This document shows, piece by piece, positions 39,008 through 48,925 of a stretch of 64,000 nt of DNA. The notes under the pieces are model-generated. The model searched no databases. It was not told where the DNA came from and saw only the letters and a program-made list of their open reading frames with translations. Positions within the stretch are counted from its first letter, which is position 1. The number at the start of each line of letters is the position of its first letter. Made by a program: the position numbers and the translations under genes. Source of the DNA: Candidatus Latescibacterota bacterium (GTDB lineage Bacteria > Latescibacterota > UBA2968 > GCA-2709665); NCBI GenBank assembly GCA_965219455.1, contig OZ244744.1, forward strand, positions 2,912,001-2,976,000, written 5' to 3'.

Positions 39008-39690
39008 TTTCCAAACCTCCCTCTGCTGCGGCTGCCAAAGCCCGACCTGTTGCGACCGGACCGGTCCCGGACTCTCTGGGAGAAGGACCGCTGCCTGTTT
39101 GCCATCGCCTGTTTCCGGCGCTGGTAGAACGCCGGCCTTTGCTTCTTGGTGACTGACCCTTCGGTACCGTACTCGCGGTTGCGCCCATAATACGGACGCC
39201 GCCGATCGCGGTTGTTGCGATAGTCGGCGTAGTCGTTCCGGTATATTTGCTGCCCGTAGCCCCCACCCATTAAACTCCGCATCATCGCGTATTGACCGTA
39301 GAACGCCCAGAAACTCCCTCCGCTTCCGTGACTCCACTGCCCGTAATGCGGGTTTCCGACATAGTGGTATCCGGGCGGATGGGGCGTATTGTTCACCCCT
39401 TTGTCGGATTTGGCCACAATGGCCATACCAAGAAACGCCTGGTGCCGGCGATAAACCTTGTAGGGTACCTCGATCCAATCCGTCGTGCGCCGCCGCTCTC
39501 CCTGCACCACCGTATACTTATGGTAATAGTCCGTGGAGAATGTACCCGCTTCTCTCATATCTTCCAGAATGATCATATACTCGGGCGCGTTTGCCAGGCT
39601 TTTCTGCATTTCCTTAACGGGATCCCGCGCGCTGCACCCCCCAATCCAGAGTACAGTGAATACGATTACCGGCCATCGAAACTGTTTCAT
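39004..39690 (-). CDS. Hypothetical lipoprotein with Arg/Gly/Ser-rich tail
   Basis: Lipobox IGGC; PPGY.YVGN..YG.W....SFW.FYGQY; R/S/G-rich C-terminus. Confidence 0.75.
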   Translation of the reverse strand: MKQFRWPVIVFTVLWIGGCSARDPVKEMQKSLANAPEYMIILEDMREAGTFSTDYYHKYTVVQGERRRTTDWIEVPYKVYRRHQAFLGMAIVAKSDKGVNNTPHPPGYHYVGNPHYGQWSHGSGGSFWAFYGQYAMMRSLMGGGYGQQIYRNDYADYRNNRDRRRPYYGRNREYGTEGSVTKKQRPAFYQRRKQAMANRQRSFSQRVRDRSGRNRSGFGSRSRGRFGK

Positions 39691-40092
39691 AAGCATCTCC
39701 TCAAACGCAAGTCTGGGGAAACGTGTCTTGCACCAAGACACGGATATTCAAAGATATCAGAAGTCCGTTGATGGGGTCGGGACACCACCGGCGTGATGAG
39801 CGCATATCGCGTTTTCGTCTCTCTTGCAAAGATACCCCTGTGCCGTCGGCATGTCAAGGCGCTTGCCCGCAGCACACGGGGGATGCTATATTGTGCCCAG
39901 CACATCGTCAGTACGGGACGATTTCACCTTCTTTCGGCCGCGCATCATTGCGTTTTACAGTTTTGGTTGCGGCTGAGCAGAGCGAATCCGCGCCAGGCGC
40001 GGATGCATCTGTTGATCGTCGCCGGGGCCGATGCGTACTGCCTGAGCAGGTCCCGAACCCTTTTACGTCGATCTTACATTGGAAACCAGCGC

Positions 40093-43000
40093 ATGGCTTT
40101 TGCCGTCGATACGTCGCCGCCGCCGGACCGCCACCCGCCGATTACACCCGCCGACGGCGCCGTCGTGGTCCAGAATCCCCCTTCCCTGATCTGGCGCGCA
40201 GATGACAGGGCCACCACGTACATCGTGGAGTTCTGCAGGAATCCCGGCTTCCGGAAGGAGGTCATCCGCTGCACGGGAATCGACATGCCATTTTACAATC
40301 CGTCGATCGAACTGGCCTACGGAACGTGGTACTGGCGATACTTCGCGGTCACCTCCGAAGGCGAGGAATCCCGATCCGGACCGGTCCGCAGCTTTCGCGT
40401 CACAACCGAATCGGTCCCGCTTCCCGTACCCCCGACAGAACACATTCTCGACACAATGCCGGACCACCCGCGCATCTTTGTCACCCCTGAGACCCTGGAT
40501 GGGTTTCGCGCGCGCAGGCATGGTCCCGGCCGCGAGGCATGGCGCCACCTCAAGCACCGGGCGGACGCCCTGGTCCGGAGCGAACCACCCGGCTTCAACC
40601 TGCAATCCGTGCCCGCCAACCTGGGCGAACAGCGCGGTCTGGTCTTTCATTTGAAGAACGACTGCCTTGCGTTCCCGGCCGAATACCAGATCGCCGAACT
40701 CAAGCGAGGCGCCGATAACGTCAATGCGCTCTCGTTCGCGTATCAAATCTCGGGCGACGAAGAATACGCCGAGGCCGCGCGACGCTGGATGGCGTTCCTC
40801 TCCAATCTCCGCGTCGACATCCACCTCGATGACCGTGGGCAGCACGATACCGTTGTCTACTGCTACGAATTCGGGCTGAAGGGGATGGCCCTCGCTTACG
40901 ATCGGCTTTACGCCCTCCTGAATCCCGAAGAACGCGCAAGTGCGCTGGCCCACATCGAATTCCACTGCGAAGCCGCCTACGGGTGGCTCAGAGATGGACT
41001 TCAGATTCACCTGAACTATCAGAATTCCCACGGTCAACAGTGCATGCATGCGCTGCTCACCACGGTCCTGGCGGTTGCCACCGAGACCGTCCGGACCCGG
41101 AAGTGGGCCGACTACCTCATCCGCCAGTACGCCAATCGGGTCGCGTGGGGAAGCAGCGACGGTGGATACACCGAAGGCCAGAAATACGGCCACAAAGTGC
41201 AGTTCATTCTGGAAGCCCTGGCCGCCCTCAGGACCGCAACGGGTCTGGATGTCTTCCGCGAACCCCGGTGGCAGAATACCGGCGCGTTCTGGTCGTACTG
41301 CATGTCCCTCAATTACTGGTGGAACCACTGGGGGGACTGCTATTCCCTGATCGACCCCAACTTCGGCAGCGATGCCGACACCTACGTTTCCGCGTTCCTG
41401 GCCGCGATGACCGGGGATCCCGCGGTCAAGTGGTGGAGCGATACGCGGGTATGCAACCCGGTCCATCTCCCGCTCCAGTACCTCTCCGACGGCGGTGTCT
41501 CATCCAGACCGCCCGTGGATATCGCGCAGGCCCGCCTGTTTCCCGACGTCGGCCAACTCGCCGCGTACGACCGGTTCTACGACCACGGAAGCAGCCGCAT
41601 TTTCTTCCGAAGCAGCCCGTGGGGCGATCACAGCCACGCCCACCAGGACCAGAACGGATTCGTCATCCACGCGGGCGGTGAGATCCTCTGTTGCGATGCG
41701 GGTTATTACACCTATTCAGGTGATACCTACCATTCCCAGTGGAGCCGAACCACGCAGGCGCACAATTCCGTCCTCGTCGATGGCGAAGGCCAGTGCCGGG
41801 GCATTGCCCACAAGGGAAAGATAACGGCTTTTTTCAATACACCCGACGCCTGTTACTTCACCGGAGACGCGTCAGGCGCGTACGGGGAACGGCTCGATAA
41901 GTTCCGCCGCCACGTCCTCTTCATTCGACCGGACGTCTTCGTGATCTGTGACGATCTGAAGGCGCCCGAACCTCGGGAATACACCTGGACGCTCAACACG
42001 TTCGAACGCGCAGACATAGATGAAAGCAGTCAATCCATAACCGTCCGGCAACGGGACCAGCGCCTTCTGGTTCGGCATCTGACGGACGGGCCCCTGAAAT
42101 ACGCCCAGAACAACGACCGGCCGTTTCCGTTGAAAACGCGTGACTGGTGCCGCTTCACCGAAGCCTTCCCCCAGCAATGGAACATCCGCGCCACCACAGA
42201 AAAAAGGGCCAGTGCGCAAATCCTGTCCGTTATGAATACTTTCGGAAAAACGGCGGGGGCGGGTGTCTATGACATCAGCCGGGTCGATGCGGACGGCGCC
42301 GAAGGCGTCTGTTTTCAGTCCGGGAACGGGTCCGAATGCGTGCTTTTCCGGACCCGACGGGGCGGCACCATTGAAGGCGCGGGTATTCAGACCGACGCCC
42401 GGATGGTCAATGTCAACCGCAGCGGGGATCGACTTCAACGCTGGCTGCTGCACGGGGGCACGCGGCTCAGGCTGGAAGGCGAGATTCTGTTGATCGCCGA
42501 TGCGGAATGCGACGCTGCCGCGAACTACAACCCGCGCAGCGCAGGTGCGCGGATCCACGTCCGGCACCAGGCATCCGTACGTCTCGCCATCCGCCTTCCC
42601 CGTGCGCCAGAATCCGTGCATATTTCGCCGCCGGAGCGTCCTCGGAACGCGAAACCGCTCGATTTCAAATGGAATGACGGGAAGGTCGAAATCAAGTTGA
42701 GCGGGGAAGGCGAGGCCGTCCTTTGGATTGACCCTGTCGCAGATTTTTCGACAGCCCCGGAACGGCTTCAACTGGCGCTTACGGACGGCGGAGGGCGCCA
42801 GTCCGTGGGTCTGCAGACAGCCATAGCGGATAACGGGGACGTCATTGCCTTTGCCGAGATTGCGCCGCGTGAGCCGGGCATCTATGAACTCTCCGCCGGT
42901 GACGCGGAATTGCTCGTGCAGGACCGGTGGGACCCGGACATGAGCGCGCACGGGACAGGCCGCGCCACTGCTTGTCTGAGGGAGGGCGCGGAAGTCTTCG

Positions 43001-43515
43001 TCCGATATCCTCGTGCGGGACGACCGCGTCTCCGGGCAACCCTTGTTGAGAGCCACAAGGGCAGACTCGTCAACCTGCTTTGCAATGGCGGCTTTGAAGC
43101 CGGTATCGTGGATTATCCGCCGCGTTACTGGAACGTACAGCATCCCCGTACCCACGACCCCGGCTGGCCGGCATGGAGCACTGAGGACGCCGCGGGCGGC
43201 GGCGCCTGCCTCAAGTTTACGAGGCCCCGGGACCCCATTTCACTCAAAAGCCGCCCGATGCGTCTTCGCACCGCCGGACGCTACCACCTGCGGTTCAAAG
43301 CCAGGGGCTCCGCCACCCATGCGCACGTTTCCGTGTCCGGCCAGCAGGACACCCATCTTGTCGTCCCGATCCAACCCAGCGAGGCGTGGACCGGGTACCG
43401 GGCGGAACTGGATGTCCGACCGGGCTACACAACCGTCTCCATCGCGTTCGATCGAGGAGGAGAGCCCGATCAGGTCCTGTGGATGGACGATATGGAATTC
43501 GGGTATATCGCGTAG
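40093..43515 (+). CDS. DUF4962/heparinase II/III-like polysaccharide lyase with C-terminal CBM-like domain
   Basis: QNPP...W, HPRIF, DGGY.EG..Y, SHAHQDQN.F, DAGYY, T.AHNS.LVDG, NLL.NGGFE. Confidence 0.82.
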   Translation: MAFAVDTSPPPDRHPPITPADGAVVVQNPPSLIWRADDRATTYIVEFCRNPGFRKEVIRCTGIDMPFYNPSIELAYGTWYWRYFAVTSEGEESRSGPVRSFRVTTESVPLPVPPTEHILDTMPDHPRIFVTPETLDGFRARRHGPGREAWRHLKHRADALVRSEPPGFNLQSVPANLGEQRGLVFHLKNDCLAFPAEYQIAELKRGADNVNALSFAYQISGDEEYAEAARRWMAFLSNLRVDIHLDDRGQHDTVVYCYEFGLKGMALAYDRLYALLNPEERASALAHIEFHCEAAYGWLRDGLQIHLNYQNSHGQQCMHALLTTVLAVATETVRTRKWADYLIRQYANRVAWGSSDGGYTEGQKYGHKVQFILEALAALRTATGLDVFREPRWQNTGAFWSYCMSLNYWWNHWGDCYSLIDPNFGSDADTYVSAFLAAMTGDPAVKWWSDTRVCNPVHLPLQYLSDGGVSSRPPVDIAQARLFPDVGQLAAYDRFYDHGSSRIFFRSSPWGDHSHAHQDQNGFVIHAGGEILCCDAGYYTYSGDTYHSQWSRTTQAHNSVLVDGEGQCRGIAHKGKITAFFNTPDACYFTGDASGAYGERLDKFRRHVLFIRPDVFVICDDLKAPEPREYTWTLNTFERADIDESSQSITVRQRDQRLLVRHLTDGPLKYAQNNDRPFPLKTRDWCRFTEAFPQQWNIRATTEKRASAQILSVMNTFGKTAGAGVYDISRVDADGAEGVCFQSGNGSECVLFRTRRGGTIEGAGIQTDARMVNVNRSGDRLQRWLLHGGTRLRLEGEILLIADAECDAAANYNPRSAGARIHVRHQASVRLAIRLPRAPESVHISPPERPRNAKPLDFKWNDGKVEIKLSGEGEAVLWIDPVADFSTAPERLQLALTDGGGRQSVGLQTAIADNGDVIAFAEIAPREPGIYELSAGDAELLVQDRWDPDMSAHGTGRATACLREGAEVFVRYPRAGRPRLRATLVESHKGRLVNLLCNGGFEAGIVDYPPRYWNVQHPRTHDPGWPAWSTEDAAGGGACLKFTRPRDPISLKSRPMRLRTAGRYHLRFKARGSATHAHVSVSGQQDTHLVVPIQPSEAWTGYRAELDVRPGYTTVSIAFDRGGEPDQVLWMDDMEFGYIA

Positions 43516-43690
43516 GACCTTGTGTCCTGTCCCGGAAATATTTCACCATTCTCCCGCCGATTCATCCCGTCTCGTCGGCCGAATTCAGGCAACCTATTTC
43601 CGGGACAGAACACTAGCCGCTGCCGGCCCCGGCGAACGGGCTTCAGTCCGGATTGCAGCGGATCGACGACGACACGGACGGAGGTATAAC

Positions 43691-44440
43691 TTGAATACGC
43701 CAGTACTGTTTGAAATCTGCGTCGGATCCGCGCAGGGCGCCATTTCCGCGCAGGAGGCCGGCGCAAATCGCGTGGAGTTGTGCGACAACCTGATCGAGGG
43801 CGGCACCACGCCCAGCGGGGGCGCCGTTCAGGTTGCCCGAAAGCATATCGACATCGGACTCAACGTCATCGTTCGGCCGCGCGGGGGAGACTTCTGCTAT
43901 TCCGGGGTGGAGTTCGAAACGATGTTAAGGGACGTCGAACTGGCCGCCGGATGGGGTGCGGACGGGATCGTGATCGGCCTCCTGAATCCGGACGGTTCGA
44001 TAGACGCCGAGCGCACTGGTGTTCTCATCGAACGCATCCGTCCGCTTCCGGTCACGTTTCACCGCGCCTTCGATATGGCCGCCGACCCTCACCGGGCGCT
44101 GGAAGATCTGATTGCGCTTGGCGTTGACAGGGTGTTGACGTCGGGCCGGGAGAATTCCGCGCTCGAAGGCGTCGACCTCATTTCGGATCTGATTAGGAGG
44201 GCCGACGGCCGCATCGCGGTCATGCCCGGCGGCGGGATTACGGAGCGCAACGTCGCGAAAGTCGTGGCCGGTACCGGCGCCAGCGAAATCCACGTCGCCG
44301 CCCGGAGCAGCGTCGCCAGCCGTATGACCTACCGTAATCCGAACGCCTTTATGGGCGGCGAGTTTCGTCCCCCGGAATTCTCGCATGAACTCACCGATGT
44401 CAACCGCATCAAATCCTTCATACAGGCCGCCGGCCGATGA
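43691..44440 (+). CDS. cutC: Copper homeostasis protein CutC family
   Basis: EIC..S, GA.RVELC..L.EGGTTPS, RPRGGDF.YS, TFHRAFD, RVLTSG. Confidence 0.93.
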   Translation: MNTPVLFEICVGSAQGAISAQEAGANRVELCDNLIEGGTTPSGGAVQVARKHIDIGLNVIVRPRGGDFCYSGVEFETMLRDVELAAGWGADGIVIGLLNPDGSIDAERTGVLIERIRPLPVTFHRAFDMAADPHRALEDLIALGVDRVLTSGRENSALEGVDLISDLIRRADGRIAVMPGGGITERNVAKVVAGTGASEIHVAARSSVASRMTYRNPNAFMGGEFRPPEFSHELTDVNRIKSFIQAAGR

Positions 44441-44528
44441 TACGGTTCGTCCTTCCCGGCATGTTTTGTTTATCCGGTTTCCGTCCGTAGTCGAACGCGA
44501 ATATTCACTTCATTGAGGAGATTTCACC

Positions 44529-45155
44529 ATGCGCATCATCGCCATTGGCTGTGAATACACCGGAAAAACGACCCTTTTCGACGGTCTCATGCAGTGGGGG
44601 CGTGACCGGGGCATCGTCCACCACCTGGACGACCACTTCAGCATTCCCGACTGCCAGATGCTCAAAACGGAAGGCGACCAGCGAATCATGCTGGGTCTGC
44701 CCGAAGCCATTAAGGAACGTTACCAGCGCTTTCAGCTTGCCTACCACGTTCGGCTGATCAACAAATACGAACACATTCTGCTGGGCGGGTTTCACATCGA
44801 GGAATACATCTACGGCCCCCGGTACTATTACCCCGCCGTCGGCCGTCTTTCCGAAACGCCCAGAGCCTGGGAAGCCGAAATGCCGCGGGACACCATCCTG
44901 GTCCATCTCAAAGCCCGCGCCGATGTCATTGAAAGACGCATGGAGGAAGACCGACATACCTATCACATTGTCCCCAGGGAGGACATCCAGGAGATCCAGG
45001 ATGAATTCCAGGCGGAGTACGGCGCCTGCTGGTTCATGCGCAAATTTGAAATCGATACGTCCGACCTGCCACCGGAAGACCTCCTCCAGGCCTTTCTGGA
45101 TGCATCCGTCCCCTATCTCAACGACCGGGATATGCTCACCCGGATGAACACGTAA
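44529..45155 (+). CDS. P-loop NMP-kinase-like protein
   Basis: N-terminal Walker A GCEYTGKTT; LVHL.A.....R; IDTS. Confidence 0.65.
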   Translation: MRIIAIGCEYTGKTTLFDGLMQWGRDRGIVHHLDDHFSIPDCQMLKTEGDQRIMLGLPEAIKERYQRFQLAYHVRLINKYEHILLGGFHIEEYIYGPRYYYPAVGRLSETPRAWEAEMPRDTILVHLKARADVIERRMEEDRHTYHIVPREDIQEIQDEFQAEYGACWFMRKFEIDTSDLPPEDLLQAFLDASVPYLNDRDMLTRMNT

Positions 45156-45373
45156 CTGGTAGATCCCCATAATACGACTTTCCGGACTCCTTGACACTGC
45201 ATGGGGGTTTGCGTACTTTTGTCAGATCATCCAAACAGGTATAGCGGTCTTGCGGTGTAATTTCTACGCAAAATGGGTTCATGTTTGTTCATACTACCTA
45301 CCCCGCCAAGACATCACGCATTACGCCCCCATTGAGGAGGGTTGACATCCCCCCACCGCATCAGCCGTCGCCG

Positions 45374-45600
45374 GCCCTTCGACAGGCTCAGGGGACGGGC
45401 TCGGCTTCTGCGACTCCACCTCAAGGGGGGAGTGATTAAACCGTCGAACGGGCTCCGCCGGTCCGGCTGGCAGGGGGCCTGCGACCTGAGCCGCTCCCTG
45501 AGCTTGTCGAAGGGTCGGCGAAGGGCGTTGAAGAGCGACAAACAGGTTACGAAACGCGGACATTTCGACAAGCCGTTTCGACAGGCTCAACGCAAGCAGC
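45374..45600. repeat. Family F palindromes (CCCTTCGACAGGCTCAGGG / CCCTGAGCTTGTCGAAGGG)
   Basis: Inverted copies here; another at 62674-62728. Confidence 0.7.
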
Positions 45601-45766
45601 ACAGGCATTGACCACGTTTCGTTCGGCTCGCCTCGACAAGCTTAGCGCTAGCAGCGCATGTAACGCGGCGAGACGGGATGAACAGCCCGCAGAATGGTGA
45701 CAAATTTCCGGGCCGGGAAAACAGGGCGAATATCGTACATTTCTTGGAAGTGGAGGAGGCCCTATA

Positions 45767-46006
45767 ATGAATGATCGCATTGTTATTGATCCGTCAATTC
45801 GTCATGGCAAACCGGTGATCAGGGGAACGAGAGTACCTGTACATAGAGTAATCGGGAGTCTCGCGAGTGGATCTGATCCGTTCCAGGTCTGTAAGGAATA
45901 TGCTATCACAGACGAAGATCTCAGAGCGGCGCTCGCTTATGCCGAAGAGTTGGTAGAGCACGAAGAAGCACATCCTCTGCCACGGTCCGGTTGTTTTGTC
46001 TGTTGA
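45767..46006 (+). CDS. DUF433 family antitoxin-like protein
   Basis: RI.IDP.I.HGKP.IRGTRVPV...EY.IT.ED..AALAYA. Confidence 0.85.
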   Translation: MNDRIVIDPSIRHGKPVIRGTRVPVHRVIGSLASGSDPFQVCKEYAITDEDLRAALAYAEELVEHEEAHPLPRSGCFVC

Positions 46007-46116
46007 GGGATCGGACCGGATGTGTCAGGGCTGTTTACTCAAAGCCGAGGAATCCTGAAGACCATGCCAGAGTAATCCGCCGGTCCGTTGAACGGTGCCC
46101 GCACCACGCGATATAG
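45988..46116 (+). pseudogene. C-terminal remnant of a small HicA-like toxin
   Basis: RLFC..RDRTGC....YSKPRNPEDHAR.IRRSVERCPH*, no start codon in context. Confidence 0.55.
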
Positions 46117-46142
46117 GCGGCAGCTTCGAAAGGATGTACACC

Positions 46143-46397
46143 ATGGCAAAGTACGAGTTTGCCTTGATATTGAAGGTTCAATTCGAACTGACCGAAGAGA
46201 TCGCGGACGAATTGTACAAGGCCGGTTGCGACGATGGATCGCCAGGATTGTGCAACGGGGTTTTCTCAATTGATTTTTTCCGTGAGGGAGATTCTCTTGA
46301 AGCTGCCATTCTCTCGGCAATCGCAGATGTGAAGTCGGCAGGTTACGACGTAGACCGTGCGGAGATCGAAGCAGAAGCCATTGCGCATAGTGTGTAA
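46143..46397 (+). CDS. Small HicB-like/antitoxin-type protein
   Basis: YEF.L.....LY.AGCDD.......IDF.RE..SLE.AI.SAI.DV..AG. Confidence 0.6.
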   Translation: MAKYEFALILKVQFELTEEIADELYKAGCDDGSPGLCNGVFSIDFFREGDSLEAAILSAIADVKSAGYDVDRAEIEAEAIAHSV

Positions 46398-46454
46398 CGA
46401 TTTATCCAAGACGATATTTTAAAGAAATCCTGTCTTGAATAGAAAGGAAGTTCT

Positions 46455-47750
46455 GTGGATCTGACTTGCCAACCTCCTCGCCGTCCGTCCAATGTTTCCA
46501 TCGCCGGCATCGTCAACCTCGCGCGCATGGCGGACAAAGCCCGCGCATACAACACGCGGACGCTGGGTGAATTCTTGTACGGCGACGACTCGGGCCTGGA
46601 CAAGATCCTGCTGGATTTTCTGGGCGTCTCACACGACGGCTTTGCCGACGCCGCCGGACGCTATGGCGATTCGGACCTCGGGCGCTGGGTACGGGAGGCT
46701 TCCGATCGGACGGACGAGGAGATCGACGCATTCAATCAGCATCATCTCAAGCGCGAGCCGGACGACGAAGCCGGCAAACAGCGTCTCAAGGATCGCCTTG
46801 AAAAATACGCCCCGGGGCGAACGGATATCGTCACCGTATTCCAGTCCATCGAACTGGACGACTGGGCGGGCTTCAGAGACGCCGACCTCACGCAGCGAGC
46901 TCCGCGGTCGCCGTACCGCCGGGACGTCGCCGGGATCTTCGGCCTCGCGCGGATGGCGGACAAAGCCCGCGCGGACAGGGCCGGGCTGCTGGGCGAATAT
47001 ATCTACAACTGCCCCATCGACCAGGCGATTACCGACTTTCTCGGTTTTGCAGCGGAGGACTACCGGGAAACGGCCTACCTCAATCCGAACGATCTGGAAC
47101 TCGGGGATTGGGTACGGGAACACACCGGCGCAACGTCCGGTGAGATCTCCGAATTCAACTATCGGATCTCCAGGAAGCGTCCGGAGAACGAAAAGGAACG
47201 CACGATCTTCCAATCGGCGCTGAATGACGCCGCGCGGGACCGTACCGACGTTTACACCTGGTTCGACCTGCTCGACCTGGACGACGAAGCATCCTTCGAC
47301 GTCGTGGATCTGTCGCGCCACGCGCCAAGAAGCCCATTCGACGCTTCCGCGGTAGGTATCTACGGCCTCGCCCGGATGATCGACAAAGGCAGGGCGGCGA
47401 TTCACCGGACGCTGGGCGACTACTGGTATGGCGAGGATTCCGGCGTGGACCGTAAGATTGCGGAATTCCTGGGGGTGTCCGCAGGAGACTTTAGCCACGC
47501 ACTCGCAGCCCATCGCACCGATGAAGAGGTCCTTTCCTGGCTCGATACACAGAATAGTAAATCCGAGGCTGAGATCAGCAATTTCAACCGTCAAATCAGC
47601 ACGATTGGACCGAAAGATGGGAAGCGTCAGGCCTGGTACCGCCGGGTAATCGCCGAACTGGATCCGTCCCGCACCGACGTCACGACGTACTTCGCCCTCA
47701 TTGAACTGGACGACACCATCAGTTTTGCCCGCCGTAAGACAGGCGTTTGA
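46455..47750 (+). CDS. Protein with three tandem DUF5069-like domains
   Basis: Three repeats of DL....PR.P.....GI..LARM.DK.RA...LG(E/D)..Y....D.....FLG. Confidence 0.78.
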   Translation: MDLTCQPPRRPSNVSIAGIVNLARMADKARAYNTRTLGEFLYGDDSGLDKILLDFLGVSHDGFADAAGRYGDSDLGRWVREASDRTDEEIDAFNQHHLKREPDDEAGKQRLKDRLEKYAPGRTDIVTVFQSIELDDWAGFRDADLTQRAPRSPYRRDVAGIFGLARMADKARADRAGLLGEYIYNCPIDQAITDFLGFAAEDYRETAYLNPNDLELGDWVREHTGATSGEISEFNYRISRKRPENEKERTIFQSALNDAARDRTDVYTWFDLLDLDDEASFDVVDLSRHAPRSPFDASAVGIYGLARMIDKGRAAIHRTLGDYWYGEDSGVDRKIAEFLGVSAGDFSHALAAHRTDEEVLSWLDTQNSKSEAEISNFNRQISTIGPKDGKRQAWYRRVIAELDPSRTDVTTYFALIELDDTISFARRKTGV

Positions 47751-48137
47751 ACCCAATCCGTTGACGTCAGCGCCGTGACCTCTCCCCCCGGCCCCCTCTC
47801 CTAAAGGAAAGGGGGAGACAAGCATTGACCCTGCACAATATGACGCCTGGATTTTTTCATCGATCAATCTGTCTTCAACCGACGACAGTTTCCCCCTTCC
47901 TTCAGGAAGGGGGTTAGGGGGTAGGTCTCGCGCTCCGCTACGCAATCCACTTCCCGTTTCGCACAACGAGTGCCCATTTGCGGGCGAGTGATAAGGAAAA
48001 GTAACTAACACGGCTTACCTGTTCCTTCTTTCGTCTCCCCGCCTTATTACAACGCAGCGAGAAGGGATGGACCGCCGAAGAATGGTGACATATTTCTTGG
48101 ACAACAGACTAGCCAGGTCCAAAAAAGGAGAACAAAC

Positions 48138-48890
48138 ATGTCCAACCAGGAAGTCACGCTGGCCAAATTCACCCGCAAGGAGTTCCGGGAAGCCCTGGAA
48201 GCCGGTCGGTTCGGAACCGCAATTATTCCAACGGGGAGCAATGAACAGCACCTTGAGCACCTGGCCATGGAATACGATATCCGGGCGGCCACCCACGTGG
48301 CCACCGCGGCCGCCAAAAGGCTCTACCCCCAGGTTGTCGTGAACGTGCCCATGGCGGTCGGCATCTCGGAACATCACATGGTCCATAAGGGTACGGTCAC
48401 CGCCAAACCCGGCAGTTGGCTGTCGGTGCTGTTCGATGCCGTGGAGAGCCTGGTGCGCCACGGCGTCAACAATGTTCTCATCCTGAACGGACACGGTGGC
48501 AACGAAGCCCCCATGATGGGCATCCTCCGGCAGTGGCAACTCTTCTTTCAGATGACGGCGCCGGAGGCCAACGTGCAGTTCCACTCCTACTGGAACCTGA
48601 GTCGCGAAATTGCCGAGCAACACTGCACGAGCAGGGTGCCCGGTCACGCCGGCGAGTACGAAACCGCCATGGCCATGGTCATCTGTCCCGAGAACATCCG
48701 CCACGATGCAATGCAGGAACAGGAAGCCCAGGAGCCTCTGAAAGCGAATGAAGAACTGGGCAAGATTCTGGTTGAAGCCGCGATTCAGAAAACCGTCGAA
48801 TACCTCGAGGGGATGATTGAAGCCGCAAACCGTGAAATGCAGCCCCATGTCTTTTCGAAGGAAATGTACGCCGCGAAGGGGAAGAAATAG
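48138..48890 (+). CDS. Creatininase family amidohydrolase
   Basis: P.GS.EQH..HL...D, G.SEHH, NGHGGN, HAGEYET. Confidence 0.9.
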   Translation: MSNQEVTLAKFTRKEFREALEAGRFGTAIIPTGSNEQHLEHLAMEYDIRAATHVATAAAKRLYPQVVVNVPMAVGISEHHMVHKGTVTAKPGSWLSVLFDAVESLVRHGVNNVLILNGHGGNEAPMMGILRQWQLFFQMTAPEANVQFHSYWNLSREIAEQHCTSRVPGHAGEYETAMAMVICPENIRHDAMQEQEAQEPLKANEELGKILVEAAIQKTVEYLEGMIEAANREMQPHVFSKEMYAAKGKK

Positions 48891-48925
48891 CCTCCGGGAA
48901 GCGTAACTGCCAGAAAGGATGAACC

